Shown here: positions 59,720 to 64,000 of the stretch, piece by piece
Layout of the letters: the number at the start of each line of letters is the position of its first letter
Numbering within the stretch: position 1 is the first letter of the stretch
The notes under the pieces: model-generated
Told to the model about the DNA's origin: nothing
The model's input: only the letters and a program-made list of their open reading frames with translations
Databases searched by the model: none
Program-made: the position numbers and the translations under genes
Assembly (NCBI GenBank): GCA_026005055.1
Contig: BPKI01000001.1
Span: forward strand, 1,732,566-1,796,565
Length of the DNA stretch: 64,000 nt
Direction: 5' to 3'
From: Lysobacterales bacterium
GTDB lineage: Bacteria > Pseudomonadota > Gammaproteobacteria > Xanthomonadales > BPKI01

Positions 59720-61212
59720 GGCATCCTCCTCGCCTCGACCCGGAAACGGCCTTCCAGCCGGTGGCGCGAGCCGAAACCATCTTCGGCTTCGACCTCGACC
59801 CGATGCTCGCCCTCGGGCAGCGCGGTGGGTAGAGGCGCGCGCCAGAGATGCGTGCTCGGGCGCGGCTCGGGCAGGCGGTGCCAGGCCGGCAGACTCGTGG
59901 CGTGGTCCTGTTCGACCAGGATCGGCAGCAGCACGGGATCCACCGCGGGCTGTCGGATCATCGTCTGCCAGGAGCCCTCTCCCACTCGGAAACGCACCGT
60001 GCTTTCCGCGTGGCCGAGGTAGAGGTTCACCGAAAGCAGCGCGCTGGGGTAGGCGTTCTGTTCCACCACGCGCGGAAGAAAGAGGTGCAAGGGTGGACCG
60101 TCCGGCTGTCCCGCCGGTCGGTAATACGGACGGAATCCCTCCTCCAGCCAGGCGAGGACGCCATAGCCGCGCGGCGTGCCATCGCTCATCCACGACGAAG
60201 GCAGACCGTCGGGTCCGGGCGGACCCGTCCAATAGCTGCCCGATACCGCACCGAGCGCCCAAAACAGGGTCACGGCCGCCTCAGGCTCGCGCCGGATTTC
60301 CTGGCGGTGCCAATGGCCGGCCACCAAGGCCAGCGGACTGCCTGCGAAAGCGGCCAGCAGTCGCGCGCGATCATCCGCCGGAAAACCGCTTTCGTGGTCC
60401 AGGGGTAGGTGGGTGGCGATCACCGTCGGCAGGCCCGCGGGGGTGGCCGCGGCATAGGCTTCGGCGAACGCCAGATCATCGGCGCTGCAGCCCGGCTCGT
60501 AGCCGCTGAGCGCGCCCTCGCGATAGCGGGGCCGCAGTCCAGGCAGCATCAGCACTCTCAGTCGCCCGCAACGAAAGGCATAGCGCTCGGTGCCGAAGAC
60601 CGCACGGAAGGAACGGTAAGGATCCTCGCCTTCCCGACTCCCGGGTTCGAGATCATGATTGCCCGGAAGGGCGAGCAGCGGCACGCGCCCGTCTTCGAGC
60701 ACGGCGCGCAGCTCCGCGAGGAGCTCAGGCCGATCGGCGGTCAAATCGCCGAGCACTACGCGCGCGCAGGCCGGCGGCTCGGCGGCGAGAGATCGCTCCA
60801 GGCTCCTCCGGACGAAACCGATTTCCCGGCGATCACCGACTTGCGGATCGGCGAAGAGGAGGAGCCGTTCCTCGTCCCGCCGCTCCACCAGCGGAAAGAG
60901 GATCGGTTCGCCGGAGGGATCGGCCTCCCGCCACAGCCGCAGCCTTCCCTCTGCATCGGGCAGCGGGAGCCGATCCGCGGGCTTGAGCAGGAAGACCTTG
61001 CTTCCGGACCTGAAGGGCAGACGGAAACGACCATCGCGGTCCGTGCTCACGATCCTCCGCCCATCCGAGACCAGCACGCCGGACAGTCGAACATCGCGGG
61101 CCGTGAGACGCCCGTCGGCATCCTCGTCGAGGAACACGACGCCCTCAAGCGCAGGCCCCGCGTTGGGCACCGCCGCGAGGGCGAGGGAGAACCATAGGGC
61201 CGATAGGGACAT
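59716..61212 (-). CDS. Secreted calcineurin-like metallophosphoesterase with N-terminal beta-sandwich (SdrD-B/Cna-B-like) domain
   Basis: Signal peptide (MSLSALWFSLALAAVP), then GVVFLDEDADGRLTARDVRLSGVLVSDGRRIVSTDRDGRFRL, then the phosphoesterase motifs LLFADPQVGD, VVLGDLT, LPGNHD and GHWH. Confidence 0.7.
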   Translation of the reverse strand: MSLSALWFSLALAAVPNAGPALEGVVFLDEDADGRLTARDVRLSGVLVSDGRRIVSTDRDGRFRLPFRSGSKVFLLKPADRLPLPDAEGRLRLWREADPSGEPILFPLVERRDEERLLLFADPQVGDRREIGFVRRSLERSLAAEPPACARVVLGDLTADRPELLAELRAVLEDGRVPLLALPGNHDLEPGSREGEDPYRSFRAVFGTERYAFRCGRLRVLMLPGLRPRYREGALSGYEPGCSADDLAFAEAYAAATPAGLPTVIATHLPLDHESGFPADDRARLLAAFAGSPLALVAGHWHRQEIRREPEAAVTLFWALGAVSGSYWTGPPGPDGLPSSWMSDGTPRGYGVLAWLEEGFRPYYRPAGQPDGPPLHLFLPRVVEQNAYPSALLSVNLYLGHAESTVRFRVGEGSWQTMIRQPAVDPVLLPILVEQDHATSLPAWHRLPEPRPSTHLWRAPLPTALPEGEHRVEVEAEDGFGSRHRLEGRFRVEARRMP

Positions 61213-61262
61213 GTCGGCAGCAGTATGCGAGAAATTCCTGCGCCGCGCCGATCGAGTGCCGA

Positions 61263-62186
61263 TCAACGGGGCATGCGTTCGAGGATGCCGGCGAGCTCGG
61301 CCGGCAAGGGCGCCGAGCAATCGAATGAGCCCCCGCCCCAAGGAAAACCGAGATAGGTGGCGTGCAGGAACATGCGGTTCAGGCCATAGCGACGCTGAAA
61401 GTCCCGGTTCAACTCGAAATTGCCGTAGCGCGCATCGCCGATCACCGGATGGCCGAGGGCCGCGGCGTGAGCGCGGATCTGGTGGGTCCGACCGGTGGCG
61501 ATCGAGACCATACAGAAGGTCGCTTCGCGGTAAACCTCGATCCGTTCGAAGACGCTTCGCGCTTCCCGACCCTCATCCGCGGTTCTGACCCGACCACCGC
61601 GAACACGCTGGAGGGGATCGTCGGCCACCAGCCGTGCGCGCGGGAGCCGACCGGCGAGCAAGGTGAGATACCGTTTCTCGACTTCCCGCGCGGAAAGGGC
61701 CTGGTGGAGCGCCAGCAGAGCACGGCGGTTCCTCGCGAGGACGAGCACGCCCGAGGTCTCTCGATCGAGGCGATGGGCGAGCGCCAGCTCCGGCTCGTCG
61801 CGCAGGATCCGCATCGCCTCGATCAAGCCGACGCGGATGCCGCTGCCGCCGTGGCTCGCCACCCCGGCCGGTTTGTCCACCACGAGGAAGTCTTCGTTTT
61901 CGATGAGGATTGCCGAGAGCAGACGCTCGGCGAGCCGGGCGGGGACTTTCGCCTCCCGATCGGGCAGATCATCGCGGGTCAGAGGCGGCAGGGTGATGCG
62001 CTCGCCGCCGGAGACGCGGTCGGCGGGACGCGCCCTTCGCCCATCCACGCGGATCCGACCGCGCCGCAAAAGGCGGTAAATCAGGGAGCGGGGCAAATCC
62101 CGGAGCGCACCGAGGAGGAAATTGTCGATCCGCTGGCCGGCCCGGTCGGGGGGAACCTCGAGATCGTAAGCTTGGGGATCGCGCAT
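61263..62186 (-). CDS. rluC: 23S rRNA pseudouridine synthase, RluA family (RluC-like, with S4 domain)
   Basis: It has an N-terminal S4 domain (RIDNFLLGALRDLPRSLIYRLLRRGRIRVDG), the catalytic motif HRLDRETSGVLVLA and the HQIRAH motif. It is divergent from rne, as in E. coli. Confidence 0.85.
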   Translation of the reverse strand: MRDPQAYDLEVPPDRAGQRIDNFLLGALRDLPRSLIYRLLRRGRIRVDGRRARPADRVSGGERITLPPLTRDDLPDREAKVPARLAERLLSAILIENEDFLVVDKPAGVASHGGSGIRVGLIEAMRILRDEPELALAHRLDRETSGVLVLARNRRALLALHQALSAREVEKRYLTLLAGRLPRARLVADDPLQRVRGGRVRTADEGREARSVFERIEVYREATFCMVSIATGRTHQIRAHAAALGHPVIGDARYGNFELNRDFQRRYGLNRMFLHATYLGFPWGGGSFDCSAPLPAELAGILERMPR

Positions 62187-62567
62187 GGGTTGATTGCCTG
62201 AAGGGGGCCGGCACGGCTATCATCGCGCTCCGCGAGTCGCGGATGATAACCGGGCGCTTGGTCGCGGTTGGCCGGACCGGGCGCAGGAGCCTGTGGAACC
62301 GCCTCCCATGCCCCGACGGCCCCCCCGAAGCGATGGACGGGGGTTCGGAACGGGATCACCGTCACGGCTCTTCCGAACCGTCCGCGCATTCGCCGGGTTC
62401 AAGGTCGGCGAGCGATCGCCGATCCGCCCGGATGGACGGCTCAGTCGCGGCGAGTTTTGCGCGAGCGATCGCGAACGCGGCGCGGCGCCCTCCAACGATC
62501 AACCAGCGCTCCCACGGCCGGCTCGAAAACGGCGCAGTGGTCCGAGCGCTTCAGGGAATCCAACGAC
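62187..62567 (+). promoter_or_regulatory. rluC-rne divergent intergenic region containing the rne promoter(s) and a long rne 5' leader
   Basis: A 381-bp non-coding gap lies upstream of the rne ATG at 62568. In enterobacteria the rne 5' UTR is a long structured autoregulatory element. Only position and length are seen here; the structure was not verified. Confidence 0.4.
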
Positions 62568-64000
62568 ATGAAACGAATGTTGATCAATGCGACGCATGCG
62601 GAGGAGCTGCGCGTCGCGCTGGTGGATGGACAATACCTCTTCGACATCGACATCGAGACCACCGGCCGGGAACAAAAGAAATCCAACATCTATAAGGGGC
62701 GCATCACCCGCGTCGAACCCTCGCTCGATGCGGTTTTCGTCGATTACGGCGGAGATCGCCATGGATTCCTCCCGGTCAAGGAGATCTCGAAGCGTTATTT
62801 CCAGCCCGGAGTCGAACCGGGAAAGGCGGGATTGAGGGAACTGATCAAGGAAGGAACCGAGCTCATCGTCCAGGTGAGCAAGGAAGAGCGCGGTACCAAA
62901 GGGGCGGCCCTGACCACTTACATCAGCTTGGCCGGCCGCTACATGGTCTTGATGCCCGACAACCCCGGTGCCGGAGGCGTCTCGCGGCGAATCGAGGGCG
63001 AGGACCGACAGGCGCTCAAGGAGGCCATGGAGCAGCTCAAGATTCCCGAAGGCATGGGCGTCATCGTGCGGACCGCCGGTCTCGGACGCGATCCCGAGGA
63101 GCTTCAGTGGGATCTCGATTATCTCGTCCAGATCTGGCGAGCCATCGAGAACGCCGCCCAGCAGCGGCCCGCGCCATTCCTGATCTATCAGGAGTCCAAG
63201 CTCATCATCCGCGCCCTGCGCGATTATCTGCGCCCGGACATCGGCGAGATCCTCATCGACAACGAAGAGCTCTACCGGGATGCCCGCGAGTTCATGGAGC
63301 TCGTGATGCCGGGCAATCTGCGCAAGCTCAAGCTCTATACCGATCGCGTCCCGCTCTTTTCCCGCTTCCAGATCGAGACGCAGATCGAGTCCGCTCACGA
63401 GCGCCAAGTCCGATTGCCATCGGGGGGCGTGATCGTCATCGATCACACCGAGGCGCTGACCGCGATCGACGTCAACTCCGCGCGGGCCACCAAAGGCGGA
63501 GACATCGAGGAAACGGCGCGACTGACCAATCTCGAGGCGGCCGACGAGATCGCCCGCCAGGTGCGACTGCGGGACCTCGGCGGTCTGATCGTCATCGATT
63601 TCATCGACATGGCTTCGACCAAGGCGCAGCGCGAGGTCGAGGAACGTCTCCGCGCCGCGTTGCGTCACGACCGGGCCCGCGTGCAGATTTCGCGCATCTC
63701 GCGTTTCGGGCTCCTCGAGATGTCGCGACAACGCCTTCGGCCCTCGCTCGAGGAGTTCACCCAAGCGCCTTGTCCTCGCTGCAAGGGCACGGGGATGATC
63801 CGCTCGGTGGAGTCGCTGTCATTGTCGATCTTGCGGCTCGCCGAAGAACAGGCGATGAAGGAGAACACCGGTCAGGTGTTGCTCCACGTCCCCGCCGACG
63901 TGGGCAACTATCTGCTCAACGAGAAACGGCGAGCCCTGGTCGAGATCGAGAACCGTTACGGCGGCCGGCCCATTCTGGTCATCGTCGATCAACGGCTCGA
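62568..64000 (+). CDS. rne: Ribonuclease E, N-terminal catalytic half (continues past window end)
   Basis: My translation from the ATG at 62568 gives [69 protein letters not shown]..., the canonical RNase E/G S1-domain N-terminus. It is absent from the track because no stop lies in the window. Confidence 0.95.
   Translation, partial: MKRMLINATHAEELRVALVDGQYLFDIDIETTGREQKKSNIYKGRITRVEPSLDAVFVDYGGDRHGFLPVKEISKRYFQPGVEPGKAGLRELIKEGTELIVQVSKEERGTKGAALTTYISLAGRYMVLMPDNPGAGGVSRRIEGEDRQALKEAMEQLKIPEGMGVIVRTAGLGRDPEELQWDLDYLVQIWRAIENAAQQRPAPFLIYQESKLIIRALRDYLRPDIGEILIDNEELYRDAREFMELVMPGNLRKLKLYTDRVPLFSRFQIETQIESAHERQVRLPSGGVIVIDHTEALTAIDVNSARATKGGDIEETARLTNLEAADEIARQVRLRDLGGLIVIDFIDMASTKAQREVEERLRAALRHDRARVQISRISRFGLLEMSRQRLRPSLEEFTQAPCPRCKGTGMIRSVESLSLSILRLAEEQAMKENTGQVLLHVPADVGNYLLNEKRRALVEIENRYGGRPILVIVDQRL

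Overview
This window is a very GC-rich stretch of core chromosome. Its gene order looks gammaproteobacterial: ppsR/ppsA are divergent, uvrC-pgsA-glyW-cysT-leuZ is intact, rluC/rne are divergent, and exbB-exbD-msbA-lpxK-kdsB is present. A Tat-exported HiPIP hints at a Chromatiales/Ectothiorhodospiraceae-like sulfur oxidiser or phototroph, but that is inference only. All protein calls come from recognising family motifs in the supplied translations; no database search was run. I support about 57 CDS, 5 tRNAs, one partial ISL3 insertion sequence at the left edge, one intrinsic terminator, one tandem-repeat array and the rne leader. Most of the content is housekeeping: PEP synthase and its regulator; an sdhCDAB operon flanked by maturation factors; lolCE-lolD; comEC; lipid A/KDO genes; uvrC; pgsA; nadK; a four-gene ligase-associated DNA-damage-response cluster; an icmF-ldh-ivd-gcdH acyl-CoA neighbourhood; the mtnBDC methionine-salvage genes; rmuC; rluC; and rne. 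I found no CRISPR array, no integrase and no recognisable defence island. Four items are most worth a second look. (1) A nearly identical 120-bp tandem array of about 6.3 units lies between tRNA-Cys and tRNA-Leu. (2) One ORF fuses a ChrR-type cupin domain N-terminally to an ECF-type sigma factor, and it is joined by an ATGA overlap to the fused isobutyryl-CoA mutase gene. (3) A roughly 60-bp AT-rich patch with a duplicated octamer sits inside the otherwise GC-rich DNA ligase gene without breaking the frame. (4) The SDH operon is bracketed by three or four assembly-factor genes. Gene starts are the weakest part of the annotation, because many supplied ORFs carry spurious 5' extensions typical of high-GC DNA.
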